A DNA stretch of 30,043 nt from an uncultured Nitrososphaerota archaeon (lineage in GTDB: Archaea > Thermoproteota > Methanomethylicia > Methanomethylicales > Methanomethylicaceae), in the NCBI GenBank assembly GCA_964576015.1, contig CAZNTO010000002.1, forward strand, positions 10,081 to 40,123, given 5' to 3'. The position numbers and the translations under genes were made by a program. Below are positions 1 to 8,488 of this stretch, one piece after another. The number at the start of each line of letters is the position of its first letter. Position 1 is the first letter of the stretch. Under the pieces are notes generated by a model. It was not told the origin of the DNA. It saw only the letters and a program-made list of their open reading frames with translations, and ran no database searches.

Positions 1-353
1 ACCAAAGAACGGGGGTACTCGAAGGCCGGACCGCCTCCTACCGTTACCCTTCCATGCCCGTCGGCTATAGCCGCGAACTGCTGATCCATGTATCCGGAGA
101 TGGTGCTGGGAATGGGTATTAGACCCGCCTCTATTCCTACGCCAAGATCAGCTCCGTCCATCGCACCCAGGACATTCTTCGCCCTTGAAACGGCCCCCCT
201 TATGACCATCTCTAAGCCTACGGGTTGAAGCGGAACATCTGGCGTGACCTCTTTCATGACCACAGAAACCTTGAAGAATTTCGACAGTACCCGCCTAACT
301 GCCCTGACCTTGATGGGGTTCGAGGTGCCAACAACGACCAGCAATTTTAACAC
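1..353 (-). CDS. yjjX: Inosine/xanthosine triphosphatase (YjjX/DUF84 family), 3' end runs off the window
   Basis: Not in the ORF track. Manual translation from GTG at 353: MLKLLVVVGTSNPIKVRAVRRVLSKFF...PLQPVGLEMVIRGAVSRAKN...LGVGIEAGL, matching the GT/SxNPxK, QP, GAxxRA and GIEAG motifs of the family. Confidence 0.88.
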   Translation of the reverse strand, partial: MLKLLVVVGTSNPIKVRAVRRVLSKFFKVSVVMKEVTPDVPLQPVGLEMVIRGAVSRAKNVLGAMDGADLGVGIEAGLIPIPSTISGYMDQQFAAIADGHGRVTVGGGPAFEYPRSL

Positions 354-411
354 TCAATAACGAATAATAATACTAACTTAGATAAGAGTATCCTGATTCG
401 AGGTAGATAAA

Positions 412-1485
412 ATGCAGTATGATAGAAGGCGCAAAGTACTATACGAGTTCATTGAAAAAAACGGGTTGAACGGGGTGCTTGTAGTAAACCCTGAAAACAT
501 CTACTACCTGACGGGGTCGCCCTTCGTGGTCGGGGGGGTTGGCAAGCTCCTATATTTGGGGAAGGACGGCTCCGCATCCCTGATAGTCACGGATCTAGAT
601 TACGAGGAGGCCAGCCAGAAGGCTGTTGGCATTAATCTTGTTAAGACGGACTTTGGTGAACGACCGACTGAGCGTCTAAAGAAGATTGCGGGCAAGAAGC
701 TGGGGTACGAGGATGGTTTTCTTAGCGTAAGCACCTATGAGGCTCTGAAGAAGAACTACACCCTCACGCCTCTTAAGGGGAAGATAGAGAAAATGAGGGA
801 GGTGAAGGACTCTGACGAGGTTGCGAGGATCGAAAAGTCCCAGAGAGTGACCGAGAGGGCGCTTGAGAGGGCCTCCAAGAGCTTCAAAGAGGGCATGAGC
901 GAGCAGGAGATTGCGTCTGAGATCGAGTATTACATGAGGAGGGGGGGTGCTGAGGCCTATGCCTTTGAGAACCTAGTCGCCTCAGGACCACGAGCAGTCT
1001 ACCCGCACGGTATGCCGACCGCGAAGAGGGTTGGAGGAGGGGAGGGGGTCGTACTGGACCTAGGCGTGAAGGTGAGCGGATACTGCTCAGACATGACCAG
1101 GACAGTATTTTTCGGGAAACCAAAGAAGGATATGGTTCAGATATACGAGGCGGTATTCGAGTCCCAGATGGCGGCGCTCCGCGTAGCGAAGCCTGGCATA
1201 AAGGGGAAGGAGCTGGACAGCGTCGCCCGTAATATCCTCAACAAGGCGGGGTACGGGAGGTACTTCGGGCACGGGCTGGGACATGGCGTGGGTATAGCCA
1301 TACACGAGGAGCCGGGTGTCAATACCAGATGCGAGGAGACGCTTGTCCTGGGGAATGTCATAACCATAGAGCCGGGTGTCTATGTCCCCAAGTTAGGCGG
1401 GGTAAGGATCGAAGATATGATCCTTATTACAAAGGGGGGAAGCAGAAACCTAACTAAGTTTAGGAAGGATATGCTTGTATTTTGA
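412..1485 (+). CDS. pepQ: Xaa-Pro peptidase (M24B family, prolidase-like)
   Basis: 357 aa. Metal-site motifs DLGVKVSGYCSDMTRT, HGLGHGVGIAIHE, TIEPGVY and GVRIED. GAGGTA ribosome-binding site upstream. Confidence 0.92.
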   Translation: MQYDRRRKVLYEFIEKNGLNGVLVVNPENIYYLTGSPFVVGGVGKLLYLGKDGSASLIVTDLDYEEASQKAVGINLVKTDFGERPTERLKKIAGKKLGYEDGFLSVSTYEALKKNYTLTPLKGKIEKMREVKDSDEVARIEKSQRVTERALERASKSFKEGMSEQEIASEIEYYMRRGGAEAYAFENLVASGPRAVYPHGMPTAKRVGGGEGVVLDLGVKVSGYCSDMTRTVFFGKPKKDMVQIYEAVFESQMAALRVAKPGIKGKELDSVARNILNKAGYGRYFGHGLGHGVGIAIHEEPGVNTRCEETLVLGNVITIEPGVYVPKLGGVRIEDMILITKGGSRNLTKFRKDMLVF

Positions 1486-1494
1486 GCCTCCCTG

Positions 1495-1510
1495 GAAAAA
1501 CATTTAAATC
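1495..1510 (+). promoter_or_regulatory. Putative BRE-TATA promoter for uppS
   Basis: GAAAAAcaTTTAAAT in the intergenic gap upstream of uppS. Confidence 0.5.
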
Positions 1511-1554
1511 CAGCCAATTCACCCCTAATTTGACCTTAGAAGTGATCTGACAGC

Positions 1555-2373
1555 GTGAGCAGCAGGTTCCTGACATTGAAGGCACAACAATTTGAAAATT
1601 ACGTGAAAGCGGGCATCATGAAGCCTATCTATAAGTACTATGAGAGGAGGCTGGATGGTCAGGTAAGACAGGGAGAGATGCCACAACATGTAGGTCTAAT
1701 ATTGGACGGGAACAGGCGCTGGGCAGCAGAGGTCGGTTTGGCGATAACATCGGGTCACCAATACGGGTTTGAGAAGCTCAAGGAAGTTCTGAGGTGGTGC
1801 TGGGAGCTGGGGATTAATACTGTCACGGTGTATGCTCTCTCTACAGAGAACCTGCAGAGGGACCCGGCCGAGCTGCGGGAGCTGTTAGAACTCGTTGAGA
1901 AGGGTTTCACTGAGGTTCTGGAGAGCCAGGATATTCACGACAATAAGGTTCAGATCAAGGCGATAGGCAGGCTGGACCTCCTTGATGAGAGGCTGAGGGA
2001 AATCATAAAGAACGCCGTGGTGAGAACCAAGGATTACGACAGGAACAGGATATACGTGGCAATAGCCTACGGGGGCAGGGCAGAGATAATAGATGCCACA
2101 AAGAACATGCTCGTTTCTGTGATGGGAGGGAAACTCAAGCCAGAGGAGATCAACGAGGAGACCTTCGCGAAGTATCTATACACGGAGGGGGACAAGGATC
2201 CAGATCTGATAATTAGGACGTCAGGGGAGGAAAGATTGAGCGGGTTCCTGCTCTGGCAAAGCGCCTACTCAGAGTTCTATTTCATGGACGTGTTCTGGCC
2301 GGAGCTCAGGAGAATAGACTTACTCAGGGCTATAAGAACCTACCAGAAGAGGAAGAGAAGGTTCGGGAAGTAG
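1555..2373 (+). CDS. uppS: Polyprenyl (undecaprenyl-type) diphosphate synthase, cis-prenyltransferase
   Basis: Motifs HVGLILDGNRRWA, YALSTENLQR, YGGRAEI and DPDLIIRTSGEERLSGFLLWQSAYSE. Exact start uncertain (GTG 1555 or ATG 1618). Confidence 0.95.
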   Translation: MSSRFLTLKAQQFENYVKAGIMKPIYKYYERRLDGQVRQGEMPQHVGLILDGNRRWAAEVGLAITSGHQYGFEKLKEVLRWCWELGINTVTVYALSTENLQRDPAELRELLELVEKGFTEVLESQDIHDNKVQIKAIGRLDLLDERLREIIKNAVVRTKDYDRNRIYVAIAYGGRAEIIDATKNMLVSVMGGKLKPEEINEETFAKYLYTEGDKDPDLIIRTSGEERLSGFLLWQSAYSEFYFMDVFWPELRRIDLLRAIRTYQKRKRRFGK

Positions 2374-2399
2374 CAACTAGACTGCAGATGGTAGAGGAC

Positions 2400-2407
2400 A
2401 AAAAAAA
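2400..2407 (-). terminator. Possible oligo-U terminator for the DUF373 gene
   Basis: A8 run on the + strand (T8 on -), 14 nt past the DUF373 stop, between convergent genes. Confidence 0.4.
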
Positions 2408-2421
2408 TGAAGGCCACTATG

Positions 2422-3516
2422 TCAAGGACTTGATTTTTGCGGGGTTTCGACCTGAACCCGTTTTCTGAACCGCGGCGTAAGGGAGAATATGACAACGAGG
2501 AAACCGCAGACGAAGGCGCCAAGACCCGCAATCAGGAGGAATGGAATGAGGTTTGCCATTGGATTCTCAATAATGGGGGCTGCCTCTATGACCATCTGCC
2601 TCACAAACACCAGCGCCACAAGACCCACGATCTCGTGCCAGAGCTTCGGGGACTCGTTGAGGTACTTTACGACCAGCCTCCCGCCCATGTAGACGGCCAC
2701 ACCTATCGCGAATAGGTCTATGATGTTGACCAAGGCCAAGCTGGCGAATAGTGCAGCCTGTTCTGGGAGTTTTACGTCTATTAGGGCGATGCTTATACCT
2801 CTGTAGATAGCAACGGCAGAGATTATGAAGCCTATAATGTAGGATATTAGCTTAATGGGGGACTCCTCCCACTCTGACCTTAGGAAACGATCCACATAGA
2901 AGCCCTTTAGTATCAGTACGACCCCAATGATTATGCCAAGTGAGATCAATGCATAGCTAAGAAGATTGGCAAAATAGAGCGCAATTATTGCCAGTATAAT
3001 TATACCCGGAACACCCAAAGCCAACTTAGAGTACTCCGGATCGGCTATTTTCTTGAGGTATCGGTAGAATAGGACGTATGTCTCCTCCACGCTCCTCTCC
3101 TGCTGAACAAAGACCCTCTTTACAGAGATCACGGGGATTTTGGACTGTATTGTCGGGATTACCTGCTCGTCGGCGACACCATCGCTGACGAAGATGAGCC
3201 CCTCCGCCTTAAAGTTGCTAAGTATATAGTCAAGCTCGGAGGAGATCTTGAGGTCAGCCTTGAAGCCGCCCTCTTCAGAGCCTGCTACGATTGCTACCTC
3301 GCAGATGAAGCCTTCGTCGATCAAAGAGTCGTATGTATTGATGGAGGCGAAGATGGAGTTTGTATCAGAGTCTTCGGGGCTCTTGATGGCGAATAGCGTG
3401 GCAACTGAGGCAACTTTGTCCCGCCCCATTATAGGTGTAGCTACACCTGTAACGCGACCAACATCATTGTCCTTATCGACACTAATGACGAGAACCCTTT
3501 TGGCCTTAAGGCTCAT
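2422..3516 (-). CDS. DUF373 family archaeal membrane protein
   Basis: N-terminal LVISVDKDNDVG, PEDSDTN and VSDGxxDE motifs, VKRVFVQQ, then several hydrophobic transmembrane segments. Confidence 0.85.
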   Translation of the reverse strand: MSLKAKRVLVISVDKDNDVGRVTGVATPIMGRDKVASVATLFAIKSPEDSDTNSIFASINTYDSLIDEGFICEVAIVAGSEEGGFKADLKISSELDYILSNFKAEGLIFVSDGVADEQVIPTIQSKIPVISVKRVFVQQERSVEETYVLFYRYLKKIADPEYSKLALGVPGIIILAIIALYFANLLSYALISLGIIIGVVLILKGFYVDRFLRSEWEESPIKLISYIIGFIISAVAIYRGISIALIDVKLPEQAALFASLALVNIIDLFAIGVAVYMGGRLVVKYLNESPKLWHEIVGLVALVFVRQMVIEAAPIIENPMANLIPFLLIAGLGAFVCGFLVVIFSLTPRFRKRVQVETPQKSSP

Positions 3517-3588
3517 TTTCTACACTGATAAAGGATAAAGGATGTTATGAGTTAAATATTTCTGTTAAAAAAGGAAAGCTTTAAATAA

Positions 3589-4461
3589 TTAACCTGGGAT
3601 GCCCTTCGTCTCAAGCACCGCAGCGAACTCCTCGAATGTGAGGCGCCCCCCGTTCTTTAGCTTCTCATTGGCCTTCTCCGCTATTTCTGATCGCTTGTTG
3701 ATTATGAGCTTCGCCTGCTCAGCGAGTGTCTCGGCCTTCTGCTTTATGACTTGGTTCCTGACAACCTTAAACTGAGCATGTGTGGCGAAGAGTTCGTCCT
3801 TGGACTTGCTTATGTCATCTCTTAGACTTTCCATTTCCGCCTTGATCTGCATAAGCTCTGTGACGAGGGTAGGGCGATCCTTGTAGCACTTCATGAGAGC
3901 CTCGTGGTAATTCTTAGACTCCTCAGCCAGGGCGAGGATCTCGCTGTGGACGACGTTGGCTTTCGCCTTCAGTTCGTCGAAGTTTGCTCGGGAACGCTCT
4001 ATCTCCTGGTCAATCTCCTTTACTTTCTTGAAATAGACGAGCCTCTTTTCCAGCTCGGAGATCTTCTGGACGGCTTTTCGGTCTTCGTGAAGCGAAAGGG
4101 TGGTCGTCTGGTAATTCCAGCTAATCTCCTTCAGCTGCCAAAGCAGCTCACTCTCGTTGTAATTCACAGCCGAGAGGACGGCCCCCTTCTTAGCCATCAA
4201 TTCCTTTATCTTCTCGGTGATCTCCGCCTTTGCCTTATGGAACTCATCACGTAGCGTTTTCTTTTCGGCGATGATCTTGTTCTTCTCATCCCTAGACGCC
4301 TTGTTGGTCACAGCGCTTTGCTGCAGCTCATTCAGCTTGTCAAGTATCTCTGACTTCCTCTTGTGAAGACGGTCTAGTTTTTTATAGTCAGCATCTATCT
4401 GATCTTGGATGGTATCAATCTGTCTTGATACAACACCAAGTTCTGACTGTCGATTCTCCAT
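3589..4461 (-). CDS. Archaeal coiled-coil protein, function unknown
   Basis: 290 aa, E/K/L-rich heptad pattern, QTTTLSLHEDRK core and C-terminal GGRLTFEEF, typical of a conserved archaeal coiled-coil family. Confidence 0.75.
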   Translation of the reverse strand: MENRQSELGVVSRQIDTIQDQIDADYKKLDRLHKRKSEILDKLNELQQSAVTNKASRDEKNKIIAEKKTLRDEFHKAKAEITEKIKELMAKKGAVLSAVNYNESELLWQLKEISWNYQTTTLSLHEDRKAVQKISELEKRLVYFKKVKEIDQEIERSRANFDELKAKANVVHSEILALAEESKNYHEALMKCYKDRPTLVTELMQIKAEMESLRDDISKSKDELFATHAQFKVVRNQVIKQKAETLAEQAKLIINKRSEIAEKANEKLKNGGRLTFEEFAAVLETKGIPG

Positions 4462-4480
4462 TCGCTGTCACCTTTATGCA

Positions 4481-5236
4481 CTAGCGGTCTTCGCCGCCAG
4501 TATGTACGCGTTGTATTTGTGCATACAGATCGTCCAGTCCTTCTCCAGTATTTGAGGACGTAAATATAAACTCTCCTAAGGCACCGATATCGATCAGCAG
4601 ATCCAACATTCTCTCAGACATCTCTGTCTTAATGTCACGAGACTCTGCCAAAAAGGCATCCTTTAGCAGATTAGGTTCTGAGATCCACGACAACCCGCGG
4701 TCGTAGAGTTCCTTTGGCAGGAGATCCACCTTAGAGATGCAGTTTATCTGGGGCGCCTTGAATCGCGCGTTGATGGAGTACGAGAGGAGTAGGATGGCAA
4801 CGTAGTCAGAGACCCTGTTGAGGAAGAGGGAGTCGGCCAGGAAGAGGACTGAGAAGTTGTTGTCTGAAAGGGCAGATGCCATGAACATGCCAGAGTCACG
4901 GTAGGCGAAGAGTTCCATCTGCCCTGGGGTATCCACCAGAACGTAATCTGGACCTAGCTTCTGCAGCTCCTCCTTCATTTCATTTACGTGATTTACAGCA
5001 GCATCGACGCAAGCCACCAGGGCACCATTGGGTCCAAGCTTGTAATCCTCGATCATCCTTTCGTAGTTGATATAGTCTCGGATGTCAACGTCCGGCGCGT
5101 AGGGTAACCAGAGAACGCCAGGGTCGAGGTTAATGGTGGCCACATCCATCTCAAACGCGCGGAGCCTTTCCTCTAACGATAGGACGAGCGTGGACTTCCC
5201 GGACCCAGCGGTGCCCGTTATGAATATAAAGTTCAA
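4481..5236 (-). CDS. GPN-loop GTPase
   Basis: Walker A GTAGSGKST, NLDPG, LGPNGAL (GPN loop), DTPGQMELF and SKVD. The TTG start overlaps the upstream stop. Confidence 0.93.
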   Translation of the reverse strand: MNFIFITGTAGSGKSTLVLSLEERLRAFEMDVATINLDPGVLWLPYAPDVDIRDYINYERMIEDYKLGPNGALVACVDAAVNHVNEMKEELQKLGPDYVLVDTPGQMELFAYRDSGMFMASALSDNNFSVLFLADSLFLNRVSDYVAILLLSYSINARFKAPQINCISKVDLLPKELYDRGLSWISEPNLLKDAFLAESRDIKTEMSERMLDLLIDIGALGEFIFTSSNTGEGLDDLYAQIQRVHTGGEDR

Positions 5237-6033
5237 CTCTTCTGCCTCCTCACTTTGCCGCCAGCCTTCAGTACGAGTCTTGAAAAAGATCTCTCCGAGC
5301 TTAAAAGTATACCGTCAAGCTCCAATGTGTCGCTGCCTACCGCGGAGAGATGTATTGTTATAATTGGTTTGGACTCTGTACCCCTAGGATGGGATTTGAG
5401 GTAGATCCTCCTGTTGGAGGGAATCCATCCATCTATGATGGGAGCAAGCGAGGACTCTGGCATCCCCTCGATTATGAAGGACCTCTCCCTGAAGGTCATT
5501 GAGGGGATCCTGCGCTGAATCAGCCATAAGACCTGAGATATGAACATTGCCATCATCTCGCGCGGAACACCTGGGAGGGAGAAGACCATGGTTTCCCTGT
5601 ACTCTACGAAGATCCCTGGCGCGGAGCCGCATTCATTGACCAGCGGGCGACCCCCCACAGGCATAATCGCCAGCTTGTACCTCGACGAGGTCATCTCCAA
5701 TTTCATTGTATGATACTTCGCCTGGACGAGCCGCAGGGCCTCCTTATTAACCTCCTTTGGAAGGTTTAGCGCGGCAGAGAGACCCTCCACGGTCTGATCA
5801 TCGTATGTGGGTCCCAGTCCTCCGGTCGTAATAAGAACGGAGGGCTTTCTCCCAAGGGACTCTGCGATGGCAGAAGATATCTCGCCGACCTTGTCCCCGG
5901 CAACACATATCCTTGTAACGATTATTCCAAGGGCGGTAAGCTGACTAGCTATCCAGGATCCATTCGTGTTGATGGTCTTGCCTATCAGCAGCTCCCTGCC
6001 TATAGTGATTATCTCGGCGTTTATATCCAACAC
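5233..6033 (-). CDS. CinA-like molybdopterin-binding-domain protein (COG1058 type)
   Basis: Motifs EIITIGRELLIG, NTNGSWIA, TGGLGPTYDDQT, GSAPG and LPGVPREM. Confidence 0.88.
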   Translation of the reverse strand: MLDINAEIITIGRELLIGKTINTNGSWIASQLTALGIIVTRICVAGDKVGEISSAIAESLGRKPSVLITTGGLGPTYDDQTVEGLSAALNLPKEVNKEALRLVQAKYHTMKLEMTSSRYKLAIMPVGGRPLVNECGSAPGIFVEYRETMVFSLPGVPREMMAMFISQVLWLIQRRIPSMTFRERSFIIEGMPESSLAPIIDGWIPSNRRIYLKSHPRGTESKPIITIHLSAVGSDTLELDGILLSSERSFSRLVLKAGGKVRRQKS

Positions 6034-6039
6034 CCAGCG

Positions 6040-6237
6040 CTACTTCTTTGTGGACCACCACTTTAAGTACTCCTTTCGCCGCCTCTCCTTCTCCTCTTCC
6101 GGGTTGGCAGATACATATTTGGCCTTGATATCGTCTATTTCTTCACGAGTAACCGCAAGTCCACAGCTCTGACAGACGTACCTCTTATGAACTGTGTCGA
6201 ACCTCAGCTCTCCACCACACTCAGGACAGACACTCAT
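6040..6237 (-). CDS. Small zinc-ribbon protein, 65 aa
   Basis: CPECGG...CQSCG zinc knuckles and a charged C-terminal helix ending YLKWWSTKK. AT-rich promoter-like sequence upstream. Abuts the next gene. Confidence 0.8.
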   Translation of the reverse strand: MSVCPECGGELRFDTVHKRYVCQSCGLAVTREEIDDIKAKYVSANPEEEKERRRKEYLKWWSTKK

Positions 6238-6305
6238 GAGGACGCCTCAAGTTGTAATTTCATCGCGTGTATTAATAATTATAGTTTTTGGATAACCCCT
6301 TAAGC

Positions 6306-7444
6306 TCACATGGTTATATTGGTCAGCCCCGTGGATTCTGCCATTGCCATTACCCTCTTCCATTCTGAGTACGTCAGCCGCCTTGAGAGCTCGGGCACCT
6401 CTCCTGACCTCCAGTGCGGGGTGTACTGATCCATTAGGTTCACCCGAGTATCCCTCCCCAGCTCCTCAGAGATGAACTTCATTATACGCAATAGGCAACA
6501 CTCGAGGTGACCAGGGAGAACCAGAACGCGTATGAGTAGCTCCCCGTACATCTTGGCTGACCGGAGGTTCCTGGTCACAGTCCCCCAGTACCTCGGAACG
6601 TCTGAGATCCTCTTGGCGCAACTGTCCGAGCCGTATTTGAAGTCGATCTTGTAGACGTCTACAACCCCCCTCAAAAGCTCCGAGGCCTCCAAGCTGTAAT
6701 ACCCGTTGGTGTTGAAGAAGACTGGTGTGTTCTCCTTTTCGTAGAGCAGTACCCCCAGCCAGAACGGTATGTGGGGTATAGGATCCCCTCCCACCCAGTT
6801 CTGGTTCCTGCACACCCTCCTCCTAGCGTCGTCTATTAGCAGGGCAAGCTCCTTCTGGGAGAACACCGTCCCGCCCTCGAACTGTTGGCTTATCCCCCAG
6901 TTCTGGCAGTGGAGGCACCTGAAGTTGCAGCCCAAGCTAATTCGGCCGACCTCCGGTCGTATACCGTAAAGCTCGGAACTATCTCAGGCTCCTCGCCCAT
7001 GTGATCGAAGTAAGATGAGACCTTCATCTCCTCCCCAACCCTGCAGTAGCCCAGCTCCCCGCCGAGCCTGTTCTTCATGCACCTCCGCCCGCATAGCACG
7101 CATGATTCGAGGATTCTCCTCCCGAGGAGGTTTTTGAGGTGGAGTAGGGATCTCTTGGGAGGTTGCAGATCGCCAATCTTTAGCTTCCCTTTATCCAGGG
7201 ATTCCTCTAGCTTGGCCTCGCTCACCAACGCCCTTTTATGTATCATCCAGAGCGCTTCCGTAGAGGAGTCCTCAGAGTAGTCTGCTGGAACCATACGACT
7301 TATGAGGAACTTAGCGATGCGCCTATTCTTTACCACGTCAACATAGCGGGGTAGGGCGGAAAGCACCTTCGGGTCCTCCAGCGCGGACGCCGCGTCAGGA
7401 CGTATCAATACCCAGATGAGGATCACCTCCGGTTCCTGAATCAA
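6306..7444 (-). CDS. PflX-like (COG1313 type) radical SAM protein, split by a 20-nt BHB intron. Spliced form join(7444..6961,6940..6306), 372 aa from the TTG at 7444
   Basis: The 5' ORF has CVLCGRRC, GYCRVG and SYFDHMGEEPEIVPS. The 3' ORF has GCNFRCLHCQNWGISQ, WVGGDP, NTNGY, DFKYG and RVLVLPGHLECC. Removing 6941-6960 joins them in frame. Confidence 0.88.
6941..6960 (-). other. Candidate 20-nt mRNA intron with canonical bulge-helix-bulge splice motif
   Basis: Intron ACGACCGGAGGUCGGCCGAA. Central 4-bp helix CGGU/GCCG, 3-nt bulges AU^A and AA^U, inner stem CGACC/GGUCG, outer stem CCGAGC..UA/UAGCUUGG. Confidence 0.85.
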
Positions 7445-8451
7445 ACCATGACATTTATCTCTCCGCCGCAGAATGCGCAGTTCCTTCCCTTTAGGTTAAT
7501 TGACAGCACCTCGAAGCCCGATCGGTCAATCACGTTCTTCCCGCAGTGAGGGCAGTAGGTGTTCTCATACCGGTGGCCCATTACATTGCCAAGGTAGACA
7601 TACTTCAGGCCAATATCCTTCGATGCCTTCCAGAGCTCCTCCAAGTAGGAGATGCGAGGTGCACCTTGGCCGTCATACTTGTAGCTTGGGAAGAAACGGA
7701 GTATATGGAAGGGCGTCTCGTCACCCAGTTCGTCATGTATCCACTTCACGAGCTTTATGAAGGGCTCCTTTGTATCACCGCCTCCCGTGACTATCAAGTC
7801 CGTTATTTCGATGAAGATCTTCTTGCGCTTCATCTCGGCGAGAGCCTGGTAGATCGGCTCAAAGTTGGTAATCTTGCAAAAGTTTCTGTAGAAGTTGGGG
7901 TCGCCGCTCCCTTTGAAGTCGACGGTGGCAGCGTCCAGGTACCCATCTATCGTGTCTATTGCCTCCGGGGTCATGTAGCCGTTAGTGACGAACGTGTTGT
8001 ACAGTCCCTCCTTGTGGGCAAGTTTGGCGGTGTCGTAGGCGTACTCGAAGAATATGGTAGGCTCGGTGTAGGTGTAGCTGATGGAGCTGCATCCCATCGA
8101 CCTCGCCATGGCCACTATTCTCTCGGGGGGTACATCCTCACCAGTGATCCCCCTCTCCTGGCTTATGCTCCAGTTGTCACAGAAGATACACTTGAAGTTG
8201 CATCCAACTGTGGCGATCGAGAAGGCTGTCGTCCCAGGGTGGAAGTGGTATAGGGGTTTTTTCTCGATCGGATCCACTGCGTATGAGGCGGCCTTTCCAT
8301 AGACCAGTGTGTAGAGTGTGCCGCCCCGATTCTCCCGTACGGCGCAGACGCCCCTCTTCCCTGGCTGTATGGTACACCTCCAGCCGCAGAGGTTGCACTT
8401 TACGACATCGGAGCTAAGCCTATCGTATAGCATGGCCTCCAACCTGATCAC
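7441..8451 (-). CDS. amrS: AmmeMemoRadiSam system radical SAM enzyme
   Basis: N-terminal CNLCGWRC and GVCAVREN, then DPIEKKPLYHF, GCNFKCIFC, YTYTEPTIF and VTNGY, plus C-terminal TYCPHCG. Confidence 0.9.
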   Translation of the reverse strand: MIRLEAMLYDRLSSDVVKCNLCGWRCTIQPGKRGVCAVRENRGGTLYTLVYGKAASYAVDPIEKKPLYHFHPGTTAFSIATVGCNFKCIFCDNWSISQERGITGEDVPPERIVAMARSMGCSSISYTYTEPTIFFEYAYDTAKLAHKEGLYNTFVTNGYMTPEAIDTIDGYLDAATVDFKGSGDPNFYRNFCKITNFEPIYQALAEMKRKKIFIEITDLIVTGGGDTKEPFIKLVKWIHDELGDETPFHILRFFPSYKYDGQGAPRISYLEELWKASKDIGLKYVYLGNVMGHRYENTYCPHCGKNVIDRSGFEVLSINLKGRNCAFCGGEINVMV

Positions 8452-8488
8452 TCCATAAACCTCTTAAGACGAAGCGAAAGATAAGAGT

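Noticed and set aside
941-947. G7 tract in the peptidase gene as a phase-variation site
   Set aside because: The run is short, encodes Arg-Gly-Gly in an intact frame, and is expected in a GC-rich gene.
6306-7444. Reading the split radical SAM gene as a frameshifted pseudogene or programmed frameshift
   Set aside because: There is no slippery run at the break and both halves are intact. The extra 20 nt form an exact BHB whose canonical cut sites restore both frame and motif spacing.
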